Shown here: positions 33,811 to 45,999 of the stretch, piece after piece
How the letters are laid out: every line of letters starts with the position of its first letter
Numbering within the stretch: position 1 is the stretch's first letter
From: Felis catus
Taxonomy: Eukaryota
Assembly (NCBI RefSeq): GCF_018350175.1
Contig: NC_058369.1
Coordinates: 12,834,001-12,898,000 of the forward strand
Length of the DNA: 64,000 nt
Direction: 5' to 3'
Made by a program: the position numbers and the translations under genes
Notes under the pieces: generated by a model
The model's database searches: none
Told to the model about the DNA's origin: nothing
Seen by the model: only the letters and a program-made list of their open reading frames with translations

Positions 33811-34032
33811 GTGAGTGTCCCCCACGTTGTTCCTGATGCCTGGGAACAGGGAAGGTGCACTGAGGCTGGGGCTTTGACAAGTGGATAAAAGTTTACCAGA
33901 TAGTAAGAAGAGAAAAGAAAAGGGGTGTGGGGGGCAGGGAGCCCAACATGGGCAAAGGAAAACAAATTAAACGGATTGGGGGAGCGGGATGGGTTCTTCA
34001 CACTCATACTCTGACCCACTTGAACCCCGCAG

Positions 34033-34198
34033 TAAGTACCCACAAGTGAGGAGTGAGAGGGAACGGAGCCGCTATGTTGCAGTCTTCCAGGACCAGTACA
34101 CAGAGTTCTTGGAGCTCCAGCAAGAGGTGGGCTGTGCCCGGGCAAAACTCCGACAGCTGGAGACCTTGCTGAACTCGCTGCCGAGGCCCCGAAGCCAG
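34033..34198 (+). CDS. OCEL1: OCEL1 exon 4, occludin/ELL domain (KYPQVRSERERSRY...PRSQ)
   Basis: Occludin_ELL domain motif. Confidence 0.95.
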
Positions 34199-34456
34199 GT
34201 CAGCGGCGGGAGAAACCCCCACCCCACAGCCCTTCCCGGTGATGGACCCTGGCCTCTGGGACACCCCCTGGGTCCAGGTCCCTGGGCCTCTGTCTCCTCT
34301 AGGCTGGGTGGGCACCACAGCACGGGGCCAAAGTCAGCCCTTGAAGTCCTCACTAGACGGGTCACTTTGTCCATCTGAGCCTCAGTTTCCCCATCCCTCC
34401 TTGGGTTCAGCATTCTGTGAGCCACCCCACCCCACCCCTCCCCTTTCCACTTGCAG

Positions 34457-34510
34457 AAGGAGGCCCAACTTGCCGCCCGAGTCTGGAGGGAATTCGAGAA
34501 GAAACAGACG
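34457..34510 (+). CDS. OCEL1: OCEL1 exon 5 (KEAQLAARVWREFEKKQT)
   Basis: 54 nt; CAGAAG tandem acceptor. Confidence 0.93.
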
Positions 34511-34691
34511 GTGAGTCATGCCTCCTGAATCCCGCAGCCTGGGCTTTGCACCCATGACGTTCCCATGAGGCTCAGTGTGCCCAGTTTCAAGGAAAGAAAA
34601 CTGAGGCTCAGAGAGGAAAAGGCAGAGGGTTGAGCAGCAGAGGGTTAAGCCAGACTGCTACAAGGACTTTCCTGGCTCTTGCCCTGCCCAG

Positions 34692-34814
34692 GACCCCAGC
34701 TTCCTGGACAAGCAGGCTCGCTGCCACTACCTGAAGGGCAAACTAAGGCACCTCAAGATCCAGATCCAGAAATTTGATGAGCAAGGAGACCAGAAGAGTT
34801 CCGTGTACTTCTGA
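34692..34814 (+). CDS. OCEL1: OCEL1 exon 6 (DPSFLDKQARCHYLKGKLRHLK...SVYF*)
   Basis: CxYLKxKLxHLK motif; total CDS 789 nt = 262 aa. Confidence 0.95.
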   Translation, partial: DPSFLDKQARCHYLKGKLRHLKIQIQKFDEQGDQKSSVYF

Positions 34815-35075
34815 GCGCCCCGGCAGACAGGCAGAGGGACACATCGGGGTGGGGGGTCCGCCCTGCCCTTGCCTCTCTTCCTACCTCCTGGCCTTAGCTC
34901 CTGCTGCTACCCCTTCCTGGGGTAGCTTTTGCAAATGCCTCAGCCCTTGAGACCTAGCTCTGATGGCCCCCTCTTCCAGGAAGCCTTCCAGAACCTCCTC
35001 TGGGACCCCAGGCCCTGAGCCCAGATCTCAGCCCATCCCCTGGAAGCAGGTCTTTCCTCATTTCCATCCCAGTGT

Positions 35076-35089
35076 AATAAACATTTATT
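35076..35089. terminator. Adjacent poly(A) signals (+ 35076-35081, - 35084-35089) in an L2-like tail
   Basis: AATAAACATTTATT followed by AAATGCCTACTGTGT. Confidence 0.65.
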
Positions 35090-35737
35090 AAATGCCTACT
35101 GTGTACAGCCGTTTAACATTCCTGATTTCACTCAGTTGTCACCAAAACAATCGTTACTCCATCTTCCAGAGTTAAAAACTCAAGGTTCTGGAAAAGAGAC
35201 TTGTCCAGGCAGGCTGTGAACCCTTGTCTGTCCGGAGAGCTCCCTCTCCTCCAAGAACCGCATGTGGTCTTCTGGTGGGAAGCTGAGGGGCTGACATCCG
35301 GCATCACCTGCTCAGCCAGGCCTGGTCTAGGGGAGCCCCGGGAGCCACAAGTCTCGGCAGGTCCAGTAACAGAGGCAGGACTGGCAGAGGACCTTCCCTA
35401 GTCTTGCTCCGTGGGTGTGATACAAAATTCATGTGGTGCAGTACTGGGGACCTCCTGAAGGGGGCGGACTCAGCCCAGGAGCCCTGCTGGAGTCCCCGAG
35501 GCCACCCCGGATACATGAGCCCTTAAAAATCTCAGCTTCTACCGGGGCACTGTAGGCCGGGCAGTGACTGATGCCAGGCACTGTGTGAGTACAGCTCTTG
35601 TGCCTGGCTCTGGGAGGGAGTCGCAGGGTGCCCACCCCATGCCGGGCCCTGAGTAGGGTGGGTGGGGGCTGGGGTGCCAGGGGAGCAAAGGGGATGGGGA
35701 CGATCAGGGAGGCATACTACAGGCAGGGAAGGCAGGG

Positions 35738-36283
35738 TCAGCCACTCAGTCGCCGAGTCCTCAGTCCCAGAACCAGTAGTCATGGAGTCTCTACGCTCAG
35801 GGACCATGGGCCTGGGCCCGGTGTGGTAAGAGGAATAACAAAAGGCTGGATGACAGTCAACCAGAGCCTCAAGATGTCGTCTTCAAGGGCCATATGGGTG
35901 GGGTTTTGTAGGAGGAGTAGGAGTTCTGCAGTCAGGCCGAGACAGACATCCAGGTCTCTGGCCCAGGGACTGGAGAGCAGGACAGACAGAATGGTCCTGC
36001 TCAGTTCTCAGATGTCCTGTGAATCTAACAGAGCATCGCTGTCCAGCCCAACGGGAGTGACATTCGCTTACCTGCAGGACATCGTGGGAGATGCTGACTC
36101 GGGGCCGAAACAGCCCACCCTCTGATGGGAGCCCAGTATCCTCTCCATCCCGTACCTACTTTAGTCCCGTCGGAGGGCAGAGCATACCCACGAGACCCTC
36201 CTTTATTCCACAGGAGACGGATTCAACTTCCCAGGCCTCCAACAGTATGGACGTGAAGGAGGCTGGGTGCTAATGGGGAGCAT
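35738..36283 (-). pseudogene. Possible decayed gene of unknown family between OCEL1 and NR2F6
   Basis: Protein-like Leu-rich frame interrupted by TAA/TGA codons; putative 84-nt GT-AG intron 36072-36155. Confidence 0.3.
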
Positions 36284-37302
36284 TTTGGAGGAGGTTTAAG
36301 GGCTGAGCACAGGCCCAGCCTGTGGGGCAAGACCAGAGTTCTTCCCCGTTTTCACAGGGGCATCTTTGTCTTCCCGACAAGACCTCAGCAGGGCCAAGAG
36401 TGCCACCCTCCTGCCTGCCTCTGCCATCTAGGCCCTAACTACCCACCCCTAGAGCCACAGTCCCGGCAGTCAACCCCACAGGCGCCTTTGCCACCAGGGC
36501 CGGGCCACAAACTTCTGAGACCAGGATGGCAAGGTCCGTGGTGCCTTGCCTCTCCCCACATCGACCTAAGTCCACGTTTCAGTTTGTCCTTGGCTGTCCC
36601 ATCTTCCAAATGCCAATCTCTGAAACAGTTTCTTAGTTACATGTGAGAAGAAACCAAACTCAGACTGACTCAGGCCCCAAAGAGTAAATCTCGGATCGTG
36701 GAACAGAGGCAACCGAAAGGTTTCAGGAATGGCTTGATCCAGGGGCTTCAAAGGCATCCTGGGAAATTGGTCTTCCTCTTTTGGCTCTGCTTTCAGTTAC
36801 AGCTTCCAAATCCCGCCATCAAGTCTCAGTGGCCGGTTCTGGGCCCCGTGCCCTCCCTGAACCAACTGCTGTGGGCACTGTCTAGGCTGAGATCAGGTGG
36901 CAGAACCACCCCGAATGTTTCTCCAGAGGACACCAGGGCTCAGACACCATGATCAAAGGCTGACCAAAGGTTAACAGGAAGGTGTTTGGTCCAGGGCGTG
37001 TGTGAATCTATGAGGCTTACCTTCATAGGCCAGGGCCTGAATCTGAACCCGAGCCATCTGTAGTATTTAGTACTCAGCTCCTACGGACTCACTAGCTGAC
37101 CACGGGGGTCCCCTCCCCGCCCCCGGCTTGTTTCCCACAAAACCGTACAAAAAACAAACAAACAAACAAACAGCAAGTAGGGCTGTCGTTAGGCTGTGGG
37201 TGTTCCAGGAGGCTGGGAGCAGGTGGCCATGGTAGGCCGCCCCCCATTCTCCCCTCCCCTCGGGAAGATAAGATGATGGAGGCCGTGCAGTTAGGAAATA
37301 GC

Positions 37303-37308
37303 TTTATT
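37303..37308 (-). terminator. NR2F6: NR2F6 poly(A) signal
   Basis: TTTATT on + strand about 450 nt past the stop. Confidence 0.7.
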
Positions 37309-37760
37309 ATTGGCCTTGATTCATTCATCATGTAGTGTCCAACGTGGATTACGTGTCCAGAGGGTCTGCCTGATAGATACTACCCCTGCCCGGCTGCGGC
37401 CGCCCAGCTAGTCCAGCCACCAGGCCTTTGTCCATCACACCAGGGAAGCCAACCCCCACCGTCCCAAAAGTTCGTGCTTGGGGCGCTGAGCTACAGGCTG
37501 TCCCAGGAGGGGAGCCCTCAGTCCCTCCCCTTCTTATTTTGGCCAGGAGTTCTGAGGAGGCCGGGGCTGGCGCCTGGACAAGCACTCTCTTTTTGGTTTC
37601 ATGATCATTTAAAAAACAGAGAAGACAAACATTTCACAGTCTTTAAAAAATAGGAGTCTGAGAAGCCAGGGTCCTCCGCTGGGGGGCCCCGCCCGAGGCC
37701 GAAGCATCCGTATCCCTTGAGGTCTGCAGACCCAGCCGCAGCGCACCGGGCCCCGTGAAG

Positions 37761-38035
37761 TCACTGGCCTGAGCCATAAGGCCAGTTGAAGGTACTTCCT
37801 GACAGCAGCATGTCTCGGATCAGCGTCTCGATGGGCGTCTTGCCCACCAGGCGCATGAAAAACAACTGGGAGATGAGGGAGGCGGGGACAGCACGCAGGG
37901 CGGGGAGCCGCAGCAGCAGACGCCCAAAACGCTGCGGCTGGGACGGGTACTGGGCCCGCACGTACTCGGTGAGGGCCACCTGCGCCTTCTCCTGCAGGCT
38001 TTCCACGTGTGCTGGGTCCGAGAGGCCGCAGGCAT
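37761..38035 (-). CDS. NR2F6: NR2F6 exon 4, LBD C-terminus ([13 protein letters not shown]...[12 protein letters not shown]...YGSGQ*)
   Basis: COUP-TF/EAR-2 LBD with AF-2 helix; 275 nt. Confidence 0.97.
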
Positions 38036-39394
38036 CTGGGGAGACATGGGCAAGGTCAGTTGGGTGGGAAGTGGCAGGAAAACGCAAGGCTCCAGGGGGT
38101 GACTGGGGGGTACCACTCAGGGCTCTGGGTGTGGAGGGAGGGGGGCACTCAGGAGGTGGGAAACGGAGGCCTGAGGCACAAGTAGGATATCTCAGGCAGT
38201 GTCAGTCCTCAAGAGAGACTGAGGTGGCCTCAACTGGGGACAATAACACAGGAGGGTGGGCAGTGATGTGTCAAAGGATAGAGAAGCTCAGACAGGCCTT
38301 TGGCAGGGTGACAAGTTCTAATCGGGCTCAAGGGGAAGAGAAGCCGGGGAGGGGAGTTGGGAAAGAAGGCAAAGCCCTGAGAGAATATTCGGACAGGGGG
38401 GCCTGGGGTGTTAGTGAATGTGACAGCATCTAAACTGGAGACCCGTGAAGGATGGGGCAGAAAAAGAATATTCTGGGGGAAAGAGGGGCAAAGCCATATT
38501 TATCAAATGAAAGCCACCTCTCAGAATGGTCTGGGTCTGGTTCTTGCATTCCTGACCCCATGAAGACACCTAGTGGGATCCGGAACCTTCCAGAGAGCAG
38601 AGCCAGCTATGCCACCAGTCTTTGGACTAAGGTAGGACTTTACTAAGCCAGTTAACTAATGACTAGGAAGGTATTGGAACAGCCCCGCCCTAGCCCCGCC
38701 CACAGTGGGAGGGACTCCAAAACCAGCCCCTGCCTAATCCCAAAGCAATCCCAGACGACCCGGCTGCCAGGAGGCCGCCTCGGGGGCAGTTTGGGAGCCC
38801 TGGGTCAGAAGTCTGGGGGCCCAGGAATCGAGGAGTGGAAAGCTCAGGGGAGGCCAGAACCAGTTGTCAGGGTATCCCTGCCAGGCAGCCCTCCACAGCT
38901 GCGCAGTAAGAGGGAAGAACAAGGTCAGGAGTTGGGGCACAAGAGGGTCAGGAGTTGGGGAGGACAAAGATCAGGGACTTCGGGCCAGAACCAGATGTCG
39001 GGGACCTGCCTCCCGCATCCCCCCCCCCCCATTCTGCCCTTAGCACGAAGAGCACCTTGATGAGGGGGTGGAAGGTGGGAGTCTCAGGGAGCCTGGGAAT
39101 CAGGGAGAGAGGCTGTGGGGACTTGAGTCACGGGTCCAGGCCCAGCTCTGGGTCCTTAGGGAGACCTGGGATCAGGGGGGTGGGGGCATCAGGGGGCCAC
39201 CCTGCCTGCATCACCTCCTCCACTGTCCCCCATCAAAGCTCAGGCATGTGCAGGGCGCCAGGTCCGGCAGCCCGAGGGTCAGGGAGTGGAGGGCTATGGG
39301 GGCCGGGGTCAGGGTCCGGGTCGCCCCCCCACCCACCCTCCCGCGGCCTCGGAGACCGCCTGCTCCAGCCGGAGCGCATNNNNNNNNNNNNNNN

Positions 39395-39982
39395 NNNNNN
39401 NNNNNNNNNNNNNNNNNNNNNNNNNNNNNNNNNNNNNNNNNNNNNNNNNNNNNNNNNNNNNNNNNNNNNNNNNNNNNNNNNNNNNNNNNNNNNNNNNNNN
39501 NNNNNNNNNNNCGCGCTCGGCGGCCATGGGCGCGGCGTGCAGACCGGCGGCGGCCAGCAGCGGCGCCGTGTNNNNNNNNNNNNNNNNNNNNNNNNNNNNN
39601 NNNNNNNNNNNNNNNNNNNNNNNNNNNNNNNNNNNNNNNNNNNNNNNNNNNNNNNNNNNNNNNNNNNNNNNNNNNNNNNNNNNNNNNNNNNNNNNNNNNN
39701 NNNNNNNNNNNNNNNNNNNNNNNNNNNNNNNNNNNNNNNNNNNNNNNNNNNNNNNNNNNGCGCCGCCCCCGGCGCCGAACGCGCCCGCCGCGCCCGCGCC
39801 GAAGCGCCCGGCCGCCGCGGGGTAGGGCTCGGCGCGCAGCAGCTGCGCGATCAGCTCCGACACCGGCTGTCCGGGGAAAAGGTCTCCGCCCGCCGCCGCC
39901 GCCAGCGCCGAGCCCGGGGGGCTGCCGGAGGAGGCGGCCACGGCGCCGGGCAGGGAGTGCGGGATGCGGCCGCGCTGCACGG
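39395..39982 (-). CDS. NR2F6: NR2F6 exon 3, hinge and LBD (two N blocks; lower boundary estimated)
   Basis: VQRGRIPHSLPG...LLRAEPYP and TAPLLAAAGLHAAPMAAER visible; donor lies in the 39380-39511 gap. Confidence 0.9.
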
Positions 39983-40844
39983 CTGCGGGGATTGAATGGA
40001 GATGGGAAGGAGGGAAGGGAAGGGGGCAGGAGCAGAGGGAGGAGAGATAGGTGCCCCCACGCCGCCGCAGGGAACCGGGAGGGGAGGGGGGAGGGGGATC
40101 CGGGAGGTGGAATGGCGACAAAGGGTACGGGAAAGGGATTGAGGGACATTGAGAGGCCAGAGAGGGAAGAGGGAGGTGACAGGAAGAGGGAGGAGAGGGA
40201 GGGAAGGAACAAGAGGGAAAGTGGGTATCCAGAGTCATGGGGGGGGGGGGGGGGAGAGGAGAGGAAAAGAGGGGGAAAGATAAAGTCATCAGAGGGTCAC
40301 TCAACCCCTCCCCTCAAAGGCTCCCCACACCCAGGCTCTCCCTGGACCTCCAACCCCACCCCATGGGTGCACAGTTTATTGGGAGACCAGGGACCCCCCC
40401 CCCCCCGTCCTGGGTCCTGCAGGCCCCACCCTGCTCTGCCCTGTGCCCTCAGCCTAAGCCCCCGTCCAGCCACCGCTCCCACCCCCACTTCTTGACGAGG
40501 AGCATGGGGCGGGGGTTGGGATGGGACCATTAGATAAAGACTAATTCATGCCTGGCCCCCTCCCTCTGGACGGTGTGAGCTCCACTCAGCAGCCATGGAG
40601 GCTTGATCCATCCATCATGTCCCCATCTGTCAATCATGGGAGTCTGGAACTGATAATGGGGCCAGAGAGGGGTCACCTTCACACTACTCAGGGCTCCTGG
40701 CCAGCCTATCCTTAAGCAAGTGATCTCTCCTATGGAGATGGGATCTTTTCTCTAGCTCCCAACCCCACCCCCACCCCCAGGTCATGGCTCCCTAGGGCAG
40801 GTCTCCTTGGTCTGCAGTGACCCCAGGAGTGGAGTCCTACCCTA

Positions 40845-42080
40845 CATAGTAGGTGCTCAATAAACATTAAATTACTATCTTGCCCATTAAGAGGGGAGAA
40901 GCCACTGCTGGCTTCAGTCAGTGTCCCCAAGATTCAGGTAGATGGGAAGAAGGAAACTGAGGCACAAAGAGGAGGCAGGGTGGCCACATGCTCACCTGAC
41001 CTGTGCCAGGACGGGTGGGACGGAGGGGCAGACTGAGCTGAGGGCCAGACAGAAACTAGGTAATGATCTTTTAATGAGCTGGCATGCCCTGTCTCCTCTC
41101 CATGAACTCCTGGTCAACCAGCCATGGAATGAGTGGGAAAGAGAATGTGGGTGGGAGCCAGGGGCTAGTAGAGCTGAGCTGGGAAGTGAGGGCTTAGGCT
41201 GGAGGCTCCACGTGACTTCTAAGTCTCAGGATCCACTATCATAAGGGTATAGCTGGATAAGGTCAGAGAGTGAATCCCAGCTCAACATCCTGGCCCCCAG
41301 GGAGTGACCTGTTCCTTCCCTCTTTGCTCGCCCAGTTCTGAACCCTACCTCCAGCATTCGTCCATCACCCAGCCTTGTTCCTACCTCAGAGCCTTTGCAC
41401 TTACTGTTCCTCCTTCCTGAGAACCCCTTCCCCAGCCCTTCCTCTTCATTCAGCCCACACTGCATGGGTGCCAGTCTCCACCCAACTCTGCTGCTCTGAC
41501 CCTAGCGAACAGCCTCACTTCTCTGCTCTCTGTGCTCAGTTTCCCCATCTGTACGATGCAGGTGGTAATACCGGTGATGACACCAATCACTAAATTAATG
41601 AGAATCTACCTAACTTGCTTAGAACAGCACTAGGCATATAGTAAGGGCTAAACGGGTAGCAATTCAAGCCAAAAAACGTTTATTAAGTACCCTCTGTGTT
41701 CTAGGCCCTGGGAATATGTCAGAAAACCAGACAGACAGAAGTCCCTGCCCTCAAAGAGTAGATATGTGTTCTGGTGGGAGAGCAAGTAAATTACAGAGCA
41801 AGGCAGATGGTGCAAAATAAAGGGGGCCGGTGAAGAGTAATCAGGAGGGCTTCTCTGAGGAGGTGTCCTTTGAGCAAATCTTAAAAGCAGTAAGGAAGCC
41901 ATGCAGGCATCTGGGGTGCTCCAGGCAGAAGGCACAGCCTGTGCAAAGGCCCTGAGATGGGACTGTGCTTGGGGCACGAGCTGGGATTATGATTACTTCC
42001 CACTCCTGAGACTTTGGAGATCCGAGGTGTATCAGCAGTTTAGGTCAAATGAACAAGTGGAGGCAAAATCCAGGTTGTGG
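40845..42080. mobile_element. Cluster of MIR and L2 fragments in NR2F6 intron 2
   Basis: TAGGTGCTCAATAAA, GAGGAAACTGAGGCACA, CTCAGTTTCCCCATCTGT, TTTATTAAGTACC. Confidence 0.6.
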
Positions 42081-42979
42081 GGGTGGTGCAAGCCGTCTCC
42101 AAATTTAGCAGGACCAAAGAGAGTAATCAGTTTTAAGGGAAAGACTGAGCAGCCATTGCCAGCTTCTTGCACAGAGGCCAGCAGAGAAGAAACCAACTTT
42201 AGAGCAGGAGAGATTCAAGATGCAGGGGAGAATTGCCAAACTGGCCATGAGAGTCCGGGGCCAAGACAGGAAGCCCAGCCTGGGATTCTGGTCCAATGAG
42301 CCAGATTTAGCTCCCAAGCCCACCAGGCTCCATGTGGAAGTCTGTGGATTCCAACTGAATTCTAAGAGTGCTTGGTCCAGGTCTGGACCCAGCTGCCCGG
42401 CACGTGTCCACTCAAGTCCCCAGGGCAGAAACAAGGGGCTGAGCCTCCCTCTGGCTCCCAGTGCCCAGGGTCAGGCGGAAGGGGAAGGGTAAGCTGCCCT
42501 TTGCCTTAATCGGCGAGTTCCTGCCTTGGGCAAACACAAAGCCAGGAGTGGAGGCTGGAGGAAACCAATCAAAACAAAACAAAACAACACAACACAAAAC
42601 AAAACACACACATCCTTATTCGGAATGCGTTGGCCACCTAGGGGGCAAAGGAGCCACCAAGGTGTCAGGACCAAGGAATGTGGCTCCGAGGCCAGGAGGC
42701 CTGGAGAAGAGGAGCTGGGGAGCAGAACAGTCCTAACATGGGCCTGAATCGGGGTGTCCCTCGCGTCCCCAGTTCCGCCGCGGCCGCCAGGTGACCACGG
42801 ATAATCGGATTCCTCCAGCCCCGGGGCCAGACTGAGGCCCACGGGATCTTGGGATCGGTGGTAACAAGGTTAACAGGCGCCAGACCCCACCCTCCGTGGC
42901 TCCCAGGCCCCCGAGAGAGGGAAGAGAGGGGAGGGCTGCTGGTTCACCCTCTGCCTGTCCCACACCAGCGGGTACTCAC

Positions 42980-43074
42980 CCTCCTTCCTCATGCCCACCC
43001 GGAAGCACTTCTTCAGGCGACAGTATTGGCACTGGTTCCGGTGATGCTGGTCAATCTGGCAGTCACGGTTAGAC
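42980..43074 (-). CDS. NR2F6: NR2F6 exon 2, second zinc finger ([31 protein letters not shown])
   Basis: C4 zinc finger, AG/GT bounded, 95 nt. Confidence 0.98.
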
Positions 43075-45390
43075 CTACAGGCAGGCGGGAGGGTCGCCGT
43101 GACACCCACATCCTGCTCCCTGAGCCACCCCGTAAGCCACCGTGGAGGGCTACGCCCCAGAAATACCAGTGGCCCCCTACCCCAGGCTGCGCAGGTATCC
43201 CCAAAGGGGCACAGGGGCTAAGCCTGCAAAGGGGAGGAGGGCAGCTGGGAGCAGGTGGTGACGAATGGAGTCTGTGGCAAAGGAGAATGGCTCGCTCGGG
43301 AGGGTGTGTTGGCACGGGGTTGTGAAGGCTGCCCAGAAGTTAGTTCCCCAGAACGGAGAGGCGACTCCAGGCAGAGAGTGCACAAGAGCAAAAGGTTGGA
43401 AATGTAAAAATACCAAAGCCCAGTTTCATAGTTACTTGCTCATTGCTGGCCCAAGGGGCGGGGTCTTTGTCCCAAAGGCAATGTCAGAACGGCAAAGGTA
43501 CGCGGACAGGGAGCCGGGCTTTGTGAGTTAACTAAGAGACTAGGGGCCAGGCCAGGCCAGGGCCAATCCTGGTATGGGCACAGTAGGGCCCCAGTATTAT
43601 CACCCTGCACGAGACCACCATCAATGAATAAATGAATGAGTGAACGAACGAATGAACTCCTCTCTTCCCTTGAAGACCCCACACCTCCTCTGGGAAGTCC
43701 TTCCAACTCCCAGCTAAGCCTGAGAAGCTTCTTCTGGGTGGCCCTCAGGGATAACTGCCGGTTCCAGGGAGGGGAAGGTGGCCCCGCCTTGCGAGACCAT
43801 GAGCTCCCCATCCAGGGTCAGTCCCAAGCAGGAAGGTTCAGGCCCTTGTTTTTCAAATTCCCCCAGCACTTCCTCCCCTTGGCCCCCAGCCCCTGCGCTC
43901 CTTCTGTGTCTCTCTATCCCGGACTCAGGGCTCTCCAAGGCCCAGACCTGGGGCAGACACCCCTAGCGTCCCATCTGGGCACCAAGAGGATACCCAGCGA
44001 CAGTCACAGAGTGAAACAAACGTTCAATCGAGTTGAAAAGCAAACACATCTCAGCTAAAGACACGCAGCCCCAACCATGGGGCGGCAACTTCTCCGCCGA
44101 ACCTCAGTTGCCTCATCTGGAAATGGGGAGGCCCGATGCCCACTCCACGTGGGATGCACTGTGTCTGGGGGAATCTGGGGGGCCTTTGGGGAGGGCATCA
44201 GGACCCAAGCTCATGCTGGGGCGCTTCAATGGCAGGCTCAGGAGAGCTGAGGCCCTGGGGGTCTCCAAGGACCCAGATCCCAAAGCACCAGCTTCTAAGC
44301 CAGGGCCTCTGTCTGCTGCCTGGCCTGAGCCCCCAGGAAGAGGCCCTGGTAGGGTGGAGAGAGCTCAGGCAGAACCAGAACAAAGCCCAGCAGGCAGGCA
44401 GTGGGAGGGTCCTGGGCAGCCGGGTGGAAACAGCTAGGCCTAGGGCAGGCAGGCAGGGGCCCAGCTCAGGGCCCCTGACCTCAGGGGAGGTCCTGAAGCT
44501 TCTGCCTCAACTTCCCCAGCTGTGGGGTTGGGACAGACCTCCTGTCCCTCCAGACGGGGCAACGGTAAGTTCCACCTGTTATCCCCCCCTAAAGAGCACA
44601 GGCTCTGCCCAACCCCATGACCCCGCTCAGCCTCCTCCCTGGGCTTCTGGCCTTTGGTCCAATTTGATCACTGCCCTCCCTTGCCCACATACCCTCCTTG
44701 GTTCCCTGTCACCCTCAGTCCAGCACTTCAGATCCACTCAGCTCTAACTTCTCCCATGCCTGGGTGGTCTCCACCTACAATGCTGCTCCCCTAACCTGCC
44801 ACTGAGTGTGTGTCTGGGCCATGCTCTCTGCGGGAGTGCCCTTCACCTCCTCTACCTGCCAAGCCACTCCTGCTTCCAGGTTCACCTTCCACGGGCCTCC
44901 TCCAGGCAGCCCTCCCTGAACCTCGGGTAGAGCCCCTCGCTCCGTCCTGGGACTTCAGACCCGTCCCCTCCCTCTGGCCCAGCCCAGACTCCACAGGCAG
45001 AGAGCGTCTGTGTCTCACTGTGTCTCCTCCAGGCTGGAAGAGAGCTGGGATTGGAGCTGGGGTCTCTTTGGGGGACTGGCATCAAATCACCCAGGCGAGG
45101 CCCCGAGGGAACCTTGCTGAATCTATCTGAGGCTCAGAGAGGAGCAGTGACTTCACCAGGCCACGCAGTGCAGAGCTTCTGCAGAACCTACAGGCCCCAA
45201 ACAACTCCCCCCTCCCCTGTCTTGGTGCTCCCCGCTCCCACCCTCAGAGAGCCCCTGGGACCCTAAAACCACCTAAGCTCCTCCCTTGCCCTCCCCAAAG
45301 ACCTGGCCAGAGATCAGGCAGTTATTCCAGCAACAAGAATGAGGCCAAAGTCTGGTGGCCCAGTTAGCACTGGAGGAGGGAGTAAGCCAG

Positions 45391-45446
<56 letters not shown>
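45391..45446. repeat. (CT)n(CA)n compound microsatellite
   Basis: Direct reading. Confidence 0.95.
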
Positions 45447-45447
<1 letters not shown>

Positions 45448-45999
45448 CTACCCCAGACAAGGCCCTGACCGCAGACCTGGGGCCAAACTCCAGCCTCTGG
45501 GACCTGGGGCCCCGCCCTTCGGCCTCACCAACAAGCCCTCCATCGGCTGCCCTCTCCCCGGGGACACCCTGACCAGGACTCAGCTCCTACCCTCTTCCCA
45601 ACCCCAGTTCCCCTTGCTAAGCCCCACGTGGGGCAAGGGTCTCTCCCCTGCCAGTGCACTCCCCTGCCAGGGCAGTGCCGGGACCTCTGTGGGCCTCAGT
45701 TTTGCACATCCGGAAAATGGGACTCTCCATACTGGCTCGGCAGAGCCTATGCATGTTCATGCTGGGAAGCAGAGCAGGAGCCTGTCAATGGAGCAAAAGG
45801 GCACTCAAGGAAGAGCGATAGGAAGAGGGCCCTGGGCTAGACACCCCACCTCAGCGCCAACCAAAGAAACTAGCAAGGCCACACCCTGTCAGCGGGGACT
45901 CCAACCCAGGGCAGCCCAGGGCTCCTTCTTGGAAACATTCACCCCCACCCTGTCAGAGACGACTGAAGTTTCAGGGATTTTCCAGCAGCCCCAGGTCTG

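Noticed and set aside
39068-40495. Long ORFs of 330-475 aa on both strands
   Set aside because: Inflated by N runs and extreme GC; only the NR2F6 exon 3 frame is supported
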